64,000 bases of DNA from Candidatus Avilachnospira sp. (GTDB lineage: Bacteria; Bacillota; Clostridia; Oscillospirales; Oscillospiraceae): positions 6,551 through 70,550 of the forward strand of contig JAZNFJ010000083.1 of assembly GCA_045589035.1 (NCBI GenBank), given 5' to 3'. A program made the position numbers and the translations under genes. Position 1 is the first letter of the stretch, and each line of letters opens with the position of its first letter. Below are positions 30,140 through 38,889 of this stretch, piece by piece. Under the pieces are notes generated by a model. That model was not told where the DNA came from. It ran no database searches and saw only the letters and a list, made by a program, of their open reading frames with translations.

Positions 30140-30775
30140 GCAACAGATGAGATTAATCTTACGGCTTAGGTCGGGTAGGTTTTCCCCGGAAGCTGCTCCC
30201 CGTCGCCGGTTGAGTGGTTTCCCATTAAAGCCTCCGTCTTTCCGTTGCCGAAAAAGCAACCCGATTGCCACTTAGTCCGTACTGCAGTCCCTCATCTGTT
30301 CCGTAATAAGACGGTCTAGGTGATTTCCACCACAGCGCCCTCCGACTCTTATCCTCTTTTGCAAACAGGCTTTCAAGAGGCAATATCACGCTTCGCCCCT
30401 GGCCAGGGGTCTGCGTGCTTCGCTCCTCTATCCCGAACTGTCCACGCAAGGCAGGCTACTCTGCACACAGCGGAAAACCGAATGTCCATTCCACCGCAAT
30501 GCAGGTTCACATCCTGAGTCGTACAAAAGTCGTTTACCGCAAGGGAGTGCGCTTTTGCACAAGATCAGGTCTCCGCAGAAAGAGGGTCGAAATCTCCATG
30601 CCATTGGAGGTCGCCCTTTTTCCGCAGGCGTAGCAACTACGCCTCCCCACAGCACCCACCCCAAACTGGGCGTAAGAAGCAGGCACCACGGGTTTCACAG
30701 TTATGCCCTTTAAAGGATTTTTAGGCCCTTCCTGGGAGCCGGCAGCGCTGACTAGAATACCGCGCCATTAAATCA
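30140..30775 (-). ncRNA. ole: OLE (ornate, large, extremophilic) RNA, candidate
   Basis: About 630 nt with no credible ORF on either strand. Much more GC-rich than other intergenic DNA here and full of GC hairpins (e.g. GGCGTAGttgCTACGCC, CCCCTGG/CCAGGGG, GTTGC..GCAAC). Exact known synteny: xseA-xseB-[RNA]-oapA-dxs-tlyA-nadK-argR-recN. Ends estimated from the promoter and the oapA RBS. Confidence 0.75.
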
Positions 30776-30781
30776 CAGATT

Positions 30782-30810
30782 ATTGTATCACAATATTCAT
30801 GAATATACAA
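30782..30810 (-). promoter_or_regulatory. Putative sigma-A promoter driving OLE-oapA-dxs...
   Basis: Minus strand reads TTGTAT (30810-30805), 17-nt spacer, TGa-TACAAT (30787-30782). Confidence 0.45.
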
Positions 30811-30823
30811 GAGATATTCGTCC

Positions 30824-30862
30824 AAAAAAGCACACACTTCAATGGTTGAAGTGTGTGCTTTT
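30824..30862 (-). terminator. Intrinsic terminator directly after xseB
   Basis: Minus strand: AAAAGCACACACTTCAA cca TTGAAGTGTGTGCTTTTTT, beginning 4 nt after the xseB stop. Confidence 0.8.
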
Positions 30863-30865
30863 CAA

Positions 30866-31096
30866 TCAGTTTTCTGCATCAAATGGAAGTTCGACAGGCG
30901 CTCCATCCGCGCCCTTCATCAGACGCACGACTTTCTGCTCCGCCTCATCCAACAGTCTGGTACAAGCAGCAGCCAGGGCAGTACCTTCTTCAAACATCTT
31001 CATGGATTCTTCCAAAGAAGCACTTCCCTCTTCCATTTTTCTGACAATTTCTTCCAACCGTCCAATGGACTTTTCAAAGCTTTCACTCTTCGCCAT
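30866..31096 (-). CDS. xseB: Exodeoxyribonuclease VII small subunit
   Basis: 76 aa; SFEKSIGRLEEIVRKMEEGSASLEESMKMFEEG. Confidence 0.93.
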   Translation of the reverse strand: MAKSESFEKSIGRLEEIVRKMEEGSASLEESMKMFEEGTALAAACTRLLDEAEQKVVRLMKGADGAPVELPFDAEN

Positions 31097-32303
31097 AACG
31101 CTCTCCTTCTACAGTGTCCACAACAGCCTGCAGCTGACCGTTTCTAAGAACCACCGAAATCCGATCACCGGTATGCACCTCAGCTGCATCGGCAAGCACG
31201 CATCCAGCTTCATTTTTAACCACAGAATAGCCGCGGGAAAGTACTTTCAGAGGACTCATTGCATCCATAGCAGCCGCAAGCCTGATCAAATCCTGCTTCT
31301 TACAGGACAGTTGCTGCCGTGCGGCAGCAAAAAGCTGCTTCTGCTGATGGTCTGCAAGAAGTCTTAAATCCTGAATATAATTCAGTGGACTCTGCAGCAC
31401 ACGGCTGTTCTTCAGCCGCTGCAGTTTGCCCTTCTCAAATTCAAATTTCCCATGCAAAGCTCGCTGCATGCGAACCTCCATAGACTGGAGCTTCTGCCGC
31501 AGTTCCATTTGGTCCGGCACCGCAAGTTCCGCTGCATTGGATGGCGTTGCAGCACGCAGGTCAGCCACATAGTCAGAAATGGTCACATCCGGTTCGTGAC
31601 CAACGGCAGAAATGACAGGGATCTCAGACTGATAAATGGCATAGGCTACACGTTCATCGTTAAAAGCCCATAAGTCTTCCATCGATCCGCCGCCGCGACC
31701 GGTAATAATCAGATCCGCAAGGCCAAATCGGTTTACATAACGAATAGCACCACTGATTTCCGCAGGTGCTTCCATACCCTGCACCCGGACAGGCAGCAGA
31801 ATAATCTTGGAAACAGGATACCGTTTTCCCAGTATCCGCAGCATATCGTGAATTGCCGCACCGGCAGCGGAGGTAATAATGGCAATTCTCTGGGGATACA
31901 CAGGCAGCGGTTTTTTATGCGCAGGATCAAACAGTCCTTCCGCCTGAAGTTTTGCTTTCAGCTGTTCAAATGCCACATGCAGATCGCCTGCGCCTTCCGG
32001 CATCATAGATTCGCAGTAAAGCTGATAGGCGCCATCTCTTGGGAACACTGTTATGCGACCGGCAACCAGCACTTTCATTCCGTTCTCCGGTCGAAACCGC
32101 AGGCGCATAGCACTCCCTTTGAACATGACGCATCGCATAGCACCTTCCGCATCTTTCAAGGTGAAGTAGTGATGCCCCGATGGATAGACCTTATAATTAC
32201 TCAGTTCACCGCTGACACAAACATTGGTCAACCGTGTATCCCGATCCAGCAGCGACTTGATGTATTGATTGATCTGAGAAACCGTATATACAGCAGCTTC
32301 CAT
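31083..32303 (-). CDS. xseA: Exodeoxyribonuclease VII large subunit
   Basis: MEAAVYTVSQINQYIKSLLD...VSGELSN (OB fold)...IITGRGGGSMEDLWAFN. ATG 32303 overlaps the upstream stop (TAATG). The longer ORF-track N-terminus is rejected. Confidence 0.93.
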   Translation of the reverse strand: MEAAVYTVSQINQYIKSLLDRDTRLTNVCVSGELSNYKVYPSGHHYFTLKDAEGAMRCVMFKGSAMRLRFRPENGMKVLVAGRITVFPRDGAYQLYCESMMPEGAGDLHVAFEQLKAKLQAEGLFDPAHKKPLPVYPQRIAIITSAAGAAIHDMLRILGKRYPVSKIILLPVRVQGMEAPAEISGAIRYVNRFGLADLIITGRGGGSMEDLWAFNDERVAYAIYQSEIPVISAVGHEPDVTISDYVADLRAATPSNAAELAVPDQMELRQKLQSMEVRMQRALHGKFEFEKGKLQRLKNSRVLQSPLNYIQDLRLLADHQQKQLFAAARQQLSCKKQDLIRLAAAMDAMSPLKVLSRGYSVVKNEAGCVLADAAEVHTGDRISVVLRNGQLQAVVDTVEGERYGEE

Positions 32304-33226
32304 TAAATCGATGCCTCCTGCAGCCAGGTAAGTACAGCGATTCCTGCAGCATTGTCTGTTGACAGCGCTGGCTGTGCAAAGACGCAGTTCATTCCTTCGC
32401 ACCGTTTCCGCAACATGGAGTTCGATGCCACACCACCGGAGAATACCACCGGTAAGCCGGGATATTTTCGTTCCGCATCGGCAGTGGCGCGGATAATCAC
32501 ATCGCAAACGGAAGCCATTGAATAAGCAGCAGTTTCCTCCGGACTGTGATCGCCAGAGAACTCGCGCACCTTGTTTTCCAGGCCAGATAGAGAAAAGTAA
32601 CAGTCGCTTGTCTTCACTTTAAAGAACTTCGGCTTCTCCACCTGAGAAGAAAGTGCATCCAGGGCCTTTCCTGCAGGAAACTGCAATTCCAGCAGTTTTC
32701 CGGTTCGATCTACGATCTGCCCGGCAGAAATATCGCTGCTGCCGCCGATTACAGTCGCCTTGACATTCTTCCCCTCCGGCTCAACCAAAAGCAGTTCTGT
32801 TGTACCGCCCGACAAGTGCCATGCCAGATGGGGCTGCTCCATCAGATCCATGCGATTGGCTGACCACAATGCAGCAGCAATATGGCCCTGTTGATGCGAG
32901 AACGCATAACAGGGCACACCAAGAGCCGCTGCCATGGTTTCAGCAGCGGAAACACCTGCCAAAAAGCAGGGCATATACGATCCTTCCACCGCACGGGGTC
33001 TGGTACTGACACCGATAGCGCGGATTTCGGAGCGATTTTGAGAATTGAACAACTGATGGGCCAACTCCGGCAATCTTTTGACATGGGCAAACACTGCATC
33101 ACTCTGACGCAGCCCCAGTTCACCCTGCTTCACATCCAGAAGTCGGGATCTGTTTTCTACAGTTACACCATCAAAAGAAGCGATGGAGGTGGTGTAATTA
33201 CTGGTATCAAAGCCAAGAACAATCAT
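32303..33226 (-). CDS. Kae1/TsaD-like (peptidase M22 / ASKHA fold) family protein, divergent paralog
   Basis: MIVLGFDTSNYTTSIA..., HQQGH (HxxxH metal motif position), LSGGT, FSGGVASN, DNAAGIA. 307 aa, shorter than canonical TsaD. Confidence 0.7.
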   Translation of the reverse strand: MIVLGFDTSNYTTSIASFDGVTVENRSRLLDVKQGELGLRQSDAVFAHVKRLPELAHQLFNSQNRSEIRAIGVSTRPRAVEGSYMPCFLAGVSAAETMAAALGVPCYAFSHQQGHIAAALWSANRMDLMEQPHLAWHLSGGTTELLLVEPEGKNVKATVIGGSSDISAGQIVDRTGKLLELQFPAGKALDALSSQVEKPKFFKVKTSDCYFSLSGLENKVREFSGDHSPEETAAYSMASVCDVIIRATADAERKYPGLPVVFSGGVASNSMLRKRCEGMNCVFAQPALSTDNAAGIAVLTWLQEASI

Positions 33227-33672
33227 GCCTGTTCCATCTCGCGGGCAAAGGAGCCGAGAATGCCATTCACAAAGGAAACAACCTCTTCATCCTCATACTT
33301 ACGGGTCAATTCTACAGCCTCATTGATTGCAGAACTGACAGGAACGTCCTCTACATACAAAGCTTCATACATTGCCACATGAAGAATAGCGCGGGCAACC
33401 TTGGAAATGCGGGAAACACTCCAGTTGATGGCATACTTGGAGATGTAGCCATCCAGCTCTTCCTGCTTTTCCTGAATACCCCGCACGACCTGACGGATGT
33501 ACTCCATCTGCTTTTCATTGGGCCGTTCTGCATAGATATCCGTTTCCTGGGCCAAGCTGTCATAGTACACCGGCTCCATGGTTGCTTCCACCAGCTGTTC
33601 AGCGGAATCCTCGGTAAAATTCATTTCAAAAATCAGATGTGCCACGATCTCTCTGGCATTGGTTCTTGTCAT
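33223..33672 (-). CDS. nusB: Transcription antitermination factor NusB
   Basis: MTRTNAREIVAHLIFEM..., RISKVARAILHVAMYE, INEAVELTRKY. Confidence 0.93.
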   Translation of the reverse strand: MTRTNAREIVAHLIFEMNFTEDSAEQLVEATMEPVYYDSLAQETDIYAERPNEKQMEYIRQVVRGIQEKQEELDGYISKYAINWSVSRISKVARAILHVAMYEALYVEDVPVSSAINEAVELTRKYEDEEVVSFVNGILGSFAREMEQA

Positions 33673-33721
33673 ATTGGTTCTCCTTGGAATTTACTATGGC
33701 TTTATTATAACGGCTGCAACG

Positions 33722-33761
33722 AAAAAAATAAACCCTTTGTTTCTACAAAGGGTTTATTTTT
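33722..33761 (-). terminator. Intrinsic terminator after the asp23 gene
   Basis: ATAAACCCTTTGT ttct ACAAAGGGTTTAT with flanking A/T runs. Confidence 0.75.
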
Positions 33762-33762
33762 C

Positions 33763-34140
33763 TTATTTTTTACCGGTTTTCGGCACAGAGATACCGCCGA
33801 CACTGACATTGACATCCTTCACAGGACGACCGGTGGTGGATTCAACGGCAGAAACTACAGCTTCCTGCACCGCCTTGGCCACATCCACGACAGAATGACC
33901 GTACAGGACGATAATATAGCAGTCAATGGAGATCTCGTCGTCCTCAGTAATCTCCACGCGAACATCGCGGTTCACAGCCTTCTTTGCCAGCTTGGTCAGT
34001 TCGGTACCGGAACTGCCCAATCCATACACACCTTCCACATCCAAAGCTGCCATGGAAGCAATGGAAACAATGACATCCTCAGAGATCTGAATGGAACCAT
34101 TCTCCAACTGCTGAGAGATATATTCTTTATTTTCACTCAT
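33763..34140 (-). CDS. Asp23/Gls24 family envelope stress protein
   Basis: MSENKEYISQQLENGSIQISEDVIVSIASMAALDVEGV... ATG 34140 has a GGAGG RBS. Confidence 0.88.
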   Translation of the reverse strand: MSENKEYISQQLENGSIQISEDVIVSIASMAALDVEGVYGLGSSGTELTKLAKKAVNRDVRVEITEDDEISIDCYIIVLYGHSVVDVAKAVQEAVVSAVESTTGRPVKDVNVSVGGISVPKTGKK

Positions 34141-34201
34141 AACGAATTCCTCCGAATACAATGACTTTTCATCATTGTACCACAAATTGAGAAAAACGCA
34201 A

Positions 34202-34741
34202 CTATTTTACCTCAATGATCCGAATTTCGTCCAGAGAATAGTCCGTCTGCGTCGTTACTAGATCAGAAATCAGAGCAACATCTGCCTCTGCAAGTCCCTC
34301 AGCCGGGGCAGAAACCGCAATATGAATATTATCCTCACTCATATAGACCACGCAATCCTCATAGCCCTTTGCAATCACAAGGCTTTCCACCTGAGATTCC
34401 GCCAGAGCATCTCCTACGATGGCATCCAGAGAGGTAGCAGCAGCCGCTGTGGCAGTGGTGTCATCTTCATACGTCAGGGTCTGCTGGAGCAATTCCACCG
34501 CACTATCCCTGGACTCCTGGCGAGTTAGGCGGATCTGTGCAAAATTGTCTGTGGGCATATTGGATACCGTGTTTGCTTCCTCCATTAGTGCGATTTCCGC
34601 TGTATTCATCACCTGTTCGGCATCCAGCGTGTCCAGAAGATCCACGGGCTGATTCTGCGCAGCGCTCCAGTTGAGATACACACCGGCACAGATCAGTACC
34701 AGTACAGTTGCCACAATGGCATTTCGTTTCCAAGTTTTCAT
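34202..34741 (-). CDS. spoIIIAH: Stage III sporulation protein AH
   Basis: N-terminal TM, then ...FAQIRLTRQESRDSAVELLQ... and a YscJ-like C-terminus. Last gene of the spoIIIA operon. Confidence 0.8.
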   Translation of the reverse strand: MKTWKRNAIVATVLVLICAGVYLNWSAAQNQPVDLLDTLDAEQVMNTAEIALMEEANTVSNMPTDNFAQIRLTRQESRDSAVELLQQTLTYEDDTTATAAAATSLDAIVGDALAESQVESLVIAKGYEDCVVYMSEDNIHIAVSAPAEGLAEADVALISDLVTTQTDYSLDEIRIIEVK

Positions 34742-34753
34742 GTTGCGTTCCTC

Positions 34754-35275
34754 CTAATTATCTTTCATTTTGATCACACTAATTTTATCGCTGCCAAGGC
34801 CTGTCAGATCCGCAACTGCCTGTGTAATCTGCAGTCTGACCGATGCGCTGTCTGCACCCTGGCATATAATCAAAGCACCCTGATAAGTTGGATACCGGGT
34901 ATAAACCGTAATCGGCTTCTCCCCTTTTGTGTCATCTGTCACCAAGACAGTTTCCGTTTCTGTTTCCTCGCTGTTATCCTGCTGCCGGAAGCGGCTGTCA
35001 GTCTGATATTGATAGGATGGACCTGTTTCCAACGATAGCAGTACATCCACCTTACCGACGCCATCCATTTTTTCAAGGATAGACGCTATTTTTTCCTCCA
35101 ACGGCAGTTCCCGCTGCTCACTTTCAGACGGTTCTGATACAACAGCAGGTTCGCTCTTCTTTTCATTCTTCTGAGGAATCAGCATCAGAATGACTCCCAA
35201 AAGCAGCACCAATCCGGTGTATTTGTACTTGTTCAGTTTTTTCAGCAACCCGCTTATACGATCATTGCCTGTCAT
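34754..35275 (-). CDS. spoIIIAG: Stage III sporulation protein AG
   Basis: MTGNDRISGLLKKLNKYKYTGLVLLLGVILMLIP... and C-terminal YPTYQGALIICQGADSASVRLQI. ATGA-type overlap with AF. Confidence 0.8.
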   Translation of the reverse strand: MTGNDRISGLLKKLNKYKYTGLVLLLGVILMLIPQKNEKKSEPAVVSEPSESEQRELPLEEKIASILEKMDGVGKVDVLLSLETGPSYQYQTDSRFRQQDNSEETETETVLVTDDTKGEKPITVYTRYPTYQGALIICQGADSASVRLQITQAVADLTGLGSDKISVIKMKDN

Positions 35276-35754
35276 CGAAGCCGCCACTCCTGTCTTTGGG
35301 ATGGGATCCCCATATCTGCCCGTATGCAGTCCATCAGAGCCGTTCGCTGCTGCAGAGAAGCCCTGCCTGTCAGCACAACTGATACCGGACATGGATTATC
35401 TTCATCTTCACTGAGTGTAATATCCACCTCCAGATCAGCACCCAGTTCATTGGCTTTGTCCCATATATATTCCTCGCAGTTCTGCTTTATGATATCTGCC
35501 AACAGATCGTTTTCTGGCTGAAAAGTCTGAACTTCGGTCTGCAAGGTTTCGTTGGCAACCCGCATAAAGGAGCGTGCCAAACCATCGAAGTCTATATCAA
35601 CTACCGGGGATAAAACAACAATGACAATCAGCAAGCCCCCCACAAATGTGCAAATTCGATTGACTGCTCCCTTTGGCAGAAGCGTCTGCACCACGCTCAA
35701 CAGCATTGCCACTGCAGAAACGGACAGTAAGTATCTACCAATTACATTTGTCAT
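35272..35754 (-). CDS. spoIIIAF: Stage III sporulation protein AF
   Basis: MTNVIGRYLLSVSAVAMLLSVVQTLLPKG... ATGA overlap with AE. The 307-aa ORF-track version is an in-frame upstream extension inside AE. Confidence 0.78.
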   Translation of the reverse strand: MTNVIGRYLLSVSAVAMLLSVVQTLLPKGAVNRICTFVGGLLIVIVVLSPVVDIDFDGLARSFMRVANETLQTEVQTFQPENDLLADIIKQNCEEYIWDKANELGADLEVDITLSEDEDNPCPVSVVLTGRASLQQRTALMDCIRADMGIPSQRQEWRLR

Positions 35755-36839
35755 AGACCTGTCAACCTCATAAAACAACAGCAGGACAGCAAACACATCA
35801 ATACGCAGCTGCCCAGCATCGCCAGCAAAAAGCCCATTGCCGCCGCAATACATTCCATATAATTGCAGAGATAACTGCCCAGTATGCCGCCCAAAGCGGT
35901 CGTCAGTTTCAGCGCAAGATAATGCAGCCCCATCCGCAGGAACGGAGATGCAAACACCGCCAGAAAAGCCAGCATACCATAGGTCCCAACGGCACTTTTC
36001 AGTATACCCGCGCCAAAAAGTACAGCTTCCGCAGCATCTGAAATAATGCCGCCTACAATTGGTACTGTTCCTGACAAAGTGAATTTTGCAGCCTTCAATG
36101 CCGCTGCATCCACACTGCCTGCCAGCACACCGCTGGCTGCCAAAAAGCCTGTAAACGCATACAAGACAGTTTTCAACGACCATTTGATCAACCAAGAGAG
36201 AAACTCCCGCAGCTTCGTCAATCTAGCATCACCCAAAGAAGCATCTGTGACCCCAAGGGCAAGAAATGCATAGATCAGCGGCATCAAAACCTTACTGCTA
36301 AAACCAATCAGAATTTTAGAAAAAATCGCGGCTACCCCGTAGAGGATCCCGGCACTTGTCACCGATCCCGAAGCCGCTGCTGCAGAAGCCATTACCGGAA
36401 GCAGGAGTGTGGAAAATCCCGTCAGTTCATCCATGGTTTTCCTGCCCAGACCGATCATGGTTTTCAGATCACCTGCGCAGCACAAGGTCAGCGCCAGAAC
36501 TCCGGCTAAAGATACCGCATGGGCGACTGCAGGCTGCTTGTCCGTTTCGACCAGTCTGCACAGTATCAATATCAGCAGTATTCTCAGCAGCAAGGATACA
36601 GATGCTTTCAAGTACCCGCCGCTTTGGGATATCGTTCCGGAGATAATGTTTGTTGCTTCGCCCAAAAAGTCCAGATTGGGTGATATTTCATCTTCCAGAT
36701 AGGACTTTGCACTTTCCGGCGCGTTGTCAACAATTGTATCAAACCCAAACTGTTCCGCCTGCTGCTCCATAATATCCGTTGCTCTCACCTGAACAGAAAA
36801 CAATATCAGAAACACAAGGAGAATAAAGACTTTCCTCAA
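35751..36839 (-). CDS. spoIIIAE: Stage III sporulation protein AE
   Basis: Signal peptide plus a polytopic membrane protein of 362 aa, in the conserved operon position. Confidence 0.85.
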   Translation of the reverse strand: MRKVFILLVFLILFSVQVRATDIMEQQAEQFGFDTIVDNAPESAKSYLEDEISPNLDFLGEATNIISGTISQSGGYLKASVSLLLRILLILILCRLVETDKQPAVAHAVSLAGVLALTLCCAGDLKTMIGLGRKTMDELTGFSTLLLPVMASAAAASGSVTSAGILYGVAAIFSKILIGFSSKVLMPLIYAFLALGVTDASLGDARLTKLREFLSWLIKWSLKTVLYAFTGFLAASGVLAGSVDAAALKAAKFTLSGTVPIVGGIISDAAEAVLFGAGILKSAVGTYGMLAFLAVFASPFLRMGLHYLALKLTTALGGILGSYLCNYMECIAAAMGFLLAMLGSCVLMCLLSCCCFMRLTGL

Positions 36840-37234
36840 ACCTTACCTCCGATCAGTTTCTCAACCAGTGAAAGTACCGCTGCCAAAAGCGGCAAGGATG
36901 CATAGACAGACAGCAGTGTTCCGGAAATTTCCACTGCCTTAGCCAGAGAGGCCTCTCCTGCCTCTGTACAGACACTGCCGGCTATTTGCGTCAGTAGACC
37001 AATCCCCACCACTTTGAAAAGTGGTGCAGTCAGACCGTTACTTAAGCCGGATAATTCACGAAGTCTTTCGACAATGGACCAGACCGGCTGCATAAATTGA
37101 AAACCTAAAATCAAAACACTTACACAGGCCAGCACGGAAAGCGCCAAGGCAGAAACTTTTTCATTCTGCCGCAGCAGTACGCAAAGAACAGCCGCCAATA
37201 CCGCCAGTGCAGATATTTTCAACATCACATCCAT
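36836..37234 (-). CDS. spoIIIAD: Stage III sporulation protein AD
   Basis: 132 aa, 4 TM; ...LFKVVGIGLLTQIAGSVCTEAGE... Confidence 0.85.
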   Translation of the reverse strand: MDVMLKISALAVLAAVLCVLLRQNEKVSALALSVLACVSVLILGFQFMQPVWSIVERLRELSGLSNGLTAPLFKVVGIGLLTQIAGSVCTEAGEASLAKAVEISGTLLSVYASLPLLAAVLSLVEKLIGGKV

Positions 37235-37428
37235 CAGAACTGAAAGAGGTTCTCTACCAGCTGAAACAGATCCGCAATTTTCTGTACAACCAACATCAGA
37301 ACCACGACCAATGCCGCCAAAGTTGTCATAGTGGCCTGTTCTTCCCGGCCGGATCGAACCAACACCTGATTGAGAATGGACACAATAATCCCCACCGCCG
37401 CAATTTTAAATACCAAATCTATTTCCAT
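37234..37428 (-). CDS. spoIIIAC: Stage III sporulation protein AC
   Basis: 64 aa; MEIDLVFKIAAVGIIVSILNQVLVRSGREEQA... Confidence 0.88.
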   Translation of the reverse strand: MEIDLVFKIAAVGIIVSILNQVLVRSGREEQATMTTLAALVVVLMLVVQKIADLFQLVENLFQF

Positions 37429-37435
37429 ACAGCAC

Positions 37436-37948
37436 CTATATCAACAAAATCGCCAAAGATATTCCGGTACAAATCCCAAGCACTTCATAGGTCTTACTGC
37501 GCATGCTGCACTCCTTCTCAGCCGAAGCTAAAATCTCCTCCAAGCGCACTTTTGTTCGATCCAATATCTGCAGCTGACTTTCCTTATCGTATTTTCCAAG
37601 GCCTGCCGCCAATGCCAGCAACACCTCAGAAAGTTCCTTATCTTCGCCCAATTCTCTTTCATTCTGCAAAGCCTGTTCCATAGCTTTGATCGGCGGCATC
37701 CATCGGTTTTTATCCATCAATCTTGCCGTCACGGAAAAAACACGCGCTGCAGACCCATTGACTGCAACCGCCATAAGCGCGAATGTCTGCGGCAGTGGTG
37801 TACAGCAGCAGCCGATTTCACTATTCATTACCTGCACGGCAGAAAGAAGCTGTCGGATCAATCGGCAGCGCTTCCGCAAAGATGCAGAAATACGAATACC
37901 TACCGATCCGGCAGAGAGAACAATAAATATCAGACCTGCCAGTTTCAT
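37436..37948 (-). CDS. spoIIIAB: Stage III sporulation protein AB
   Basis: MKLAGLIFIVLSAGSVGIRISASLRKR... ATGA overlap with AA. Confidence 0.8.
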   Translation of the reverse strand: MKLAGLIFIVLSAGSVGIRISASLRKRCRLIRQLLSAVQVMNSEIGCCCTPLPQTFALMAVAVNGSAARVFSVTARLMDKNRWMPPIKAMEQALQNERELGEDKELSEVLLALAAGLGKYDKESQLQILDRTKVRLEEILASAEKECSMRSKTYEVLGICTGISLAILLI

Positions 37949-38796
37949 ACCAACACCTCTTTGATTGTGTAGGACTTGTCCCTGTTCAAAACAACTACCT
38001 GCTGGAAAACAGCAGTTTCCATGAGTTTTCGATACAGCGGGCGTCTCTCCAAATCCGACAAGTCTGCACCATGGGCTGTCGCTAATAGCTTCACGCCGCA
38101 ATAAGCTGCCTGTTCAATGGCAAGCATGTCCTCTTCTGCGGTGATCTCATCCAGCGCAATCCACGCTGGATTCATAGTGCGAAGCAGCATCATAACCGCC
38201 TGTGCCTTAGGAACATTGACCAAGACATCTGTTCTGCTGCCAACATTCAGTTGGCTTGTTCCACGAACAGCTGCAGATAGTTCCCCACGCTCGTCAGCAA
38301 GTCCTACAACTACTTTTTCCCGATCCGACAGCAACCGGATGGCATCCCTCAATAAAGTCGTCTTACCGCTGCCTGGGGGGCCTAAAAGCAAGGTGGATTG
38401 TTTCAGATAGGGATGCAGCTTCTGCGCACATCCAGGAACCTCATGCGCCACACGTATATTCAGCGACGACGGCGCAACCAATGTTTGAATCCCATCACCG
38501 GCAGGCACGCCATAACCGCATATTCCGATCCGATGTCCCCCTTCAACTGTCACAAAGCCCCTGCCAATGCTTTTCGCATGCGCGTAGATAGAGTGTCCGC
38601 AAGCCCTCTGCAGCACTGTATCCATATCGCTTTCCTTAGATACAGGCCATATTTCCCGTTCGCCACAGTGATACTGCAGCCGCAGGGGTCTGTCACTTCC
38701 CATACGAATCTCTTCCAGACCATACCAGTCAATTCCCTTGATCTGCTGGCTGTAAACATCCGGCAGCAAGGCGCATATCACGTCCCTTTGTTCCAT
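37945..38796 (-). CDS. spoIIIAA: Stage III sporulation protein AA (ATPase)
   Basis: Walker A LLGPPGSGKTTLLRD and Walker B-like WIALDEI. Start is uncertain (ATG 38796 preferred; the ORF is open to 38880). Confidence 0.85.
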   Translation of the reverse strand: MEQRDVICALLPDVYSQQIKGIDWYGLEEIRMGSDRPLRLQYHCGEREIWPVSKESDMDTVLQRACGHSIYAHAKSIGRGFVTVEGGHRIGICGYGVPAGDGIQTLVAPSSLNIRVAHEVPGCAQKLHPYLKQSTLLLGPPGSGKTTLLRDAIRLLSDREKVVVGLADERGELSAAVRGTSQLNVGSRTDVLVNVPKAQAVMMLLRTMNPAWIALDEITAEEDMLAIEQAAYCGVKLLATAHGADLSDLERRPLYRKLMETAVFQQVVVLNRDKSYTIKEVLV

Positions 38797-38843
38797 TTCA
38801 TCACTTCCCCTATACCTTATGACGGACATGCTTCTGACAGAAC

Positions 38844-38877
38844 AAAAGATCGGCATGACTTTCATCATGCCGATCTT
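38844..38877 (-). terminator. Intrinsic terminator after the YbaK-like gene, upstream of spoIIIAA
   Basis: AAGATCGGCATGA loop TCATGCCGATCTT, then TTTG on the minus strand. Confidence 0.7.
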
Positions 38878-38889
38878 CAAATCAAAAGT

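Noticed and set aside
30225-30664. Short ORFs (65-78 aa) inside the OLE-like region
   Set aside because: They overlap one another on both strands, have no RBS, and are Arg/Pro/Ser/Cys/Gly-rich as expected from random translation of GC-rich structured RNA.
35755-36195. N-terminal extensions offered by the ORF track: SpoIIIAF, and likewise addA 43903-44004, recN 25532-25606, tlyA 27686-27775, xseA 32304-32507, spoIIIAG 35276-35392, spoIIIAB 37949-38101, asd 21381-21494, hisC 4212-4277
   Set aside because: Each extension overlaps the preceding gene and lacks an RBS. An internal ATG, GTG or TTG with a good Shine-Dalgarno gives the family-typical N-terminus and a short stop/start overlap.
38797-38843. 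Possible sigma-E type promoter upstream of spoIIIAA (CATAAGGT as -10)
   Set aside because: Only a partial match to CATACAnT, with no acceptable -35 at the expected spacing. Not supportable from sequence alone.
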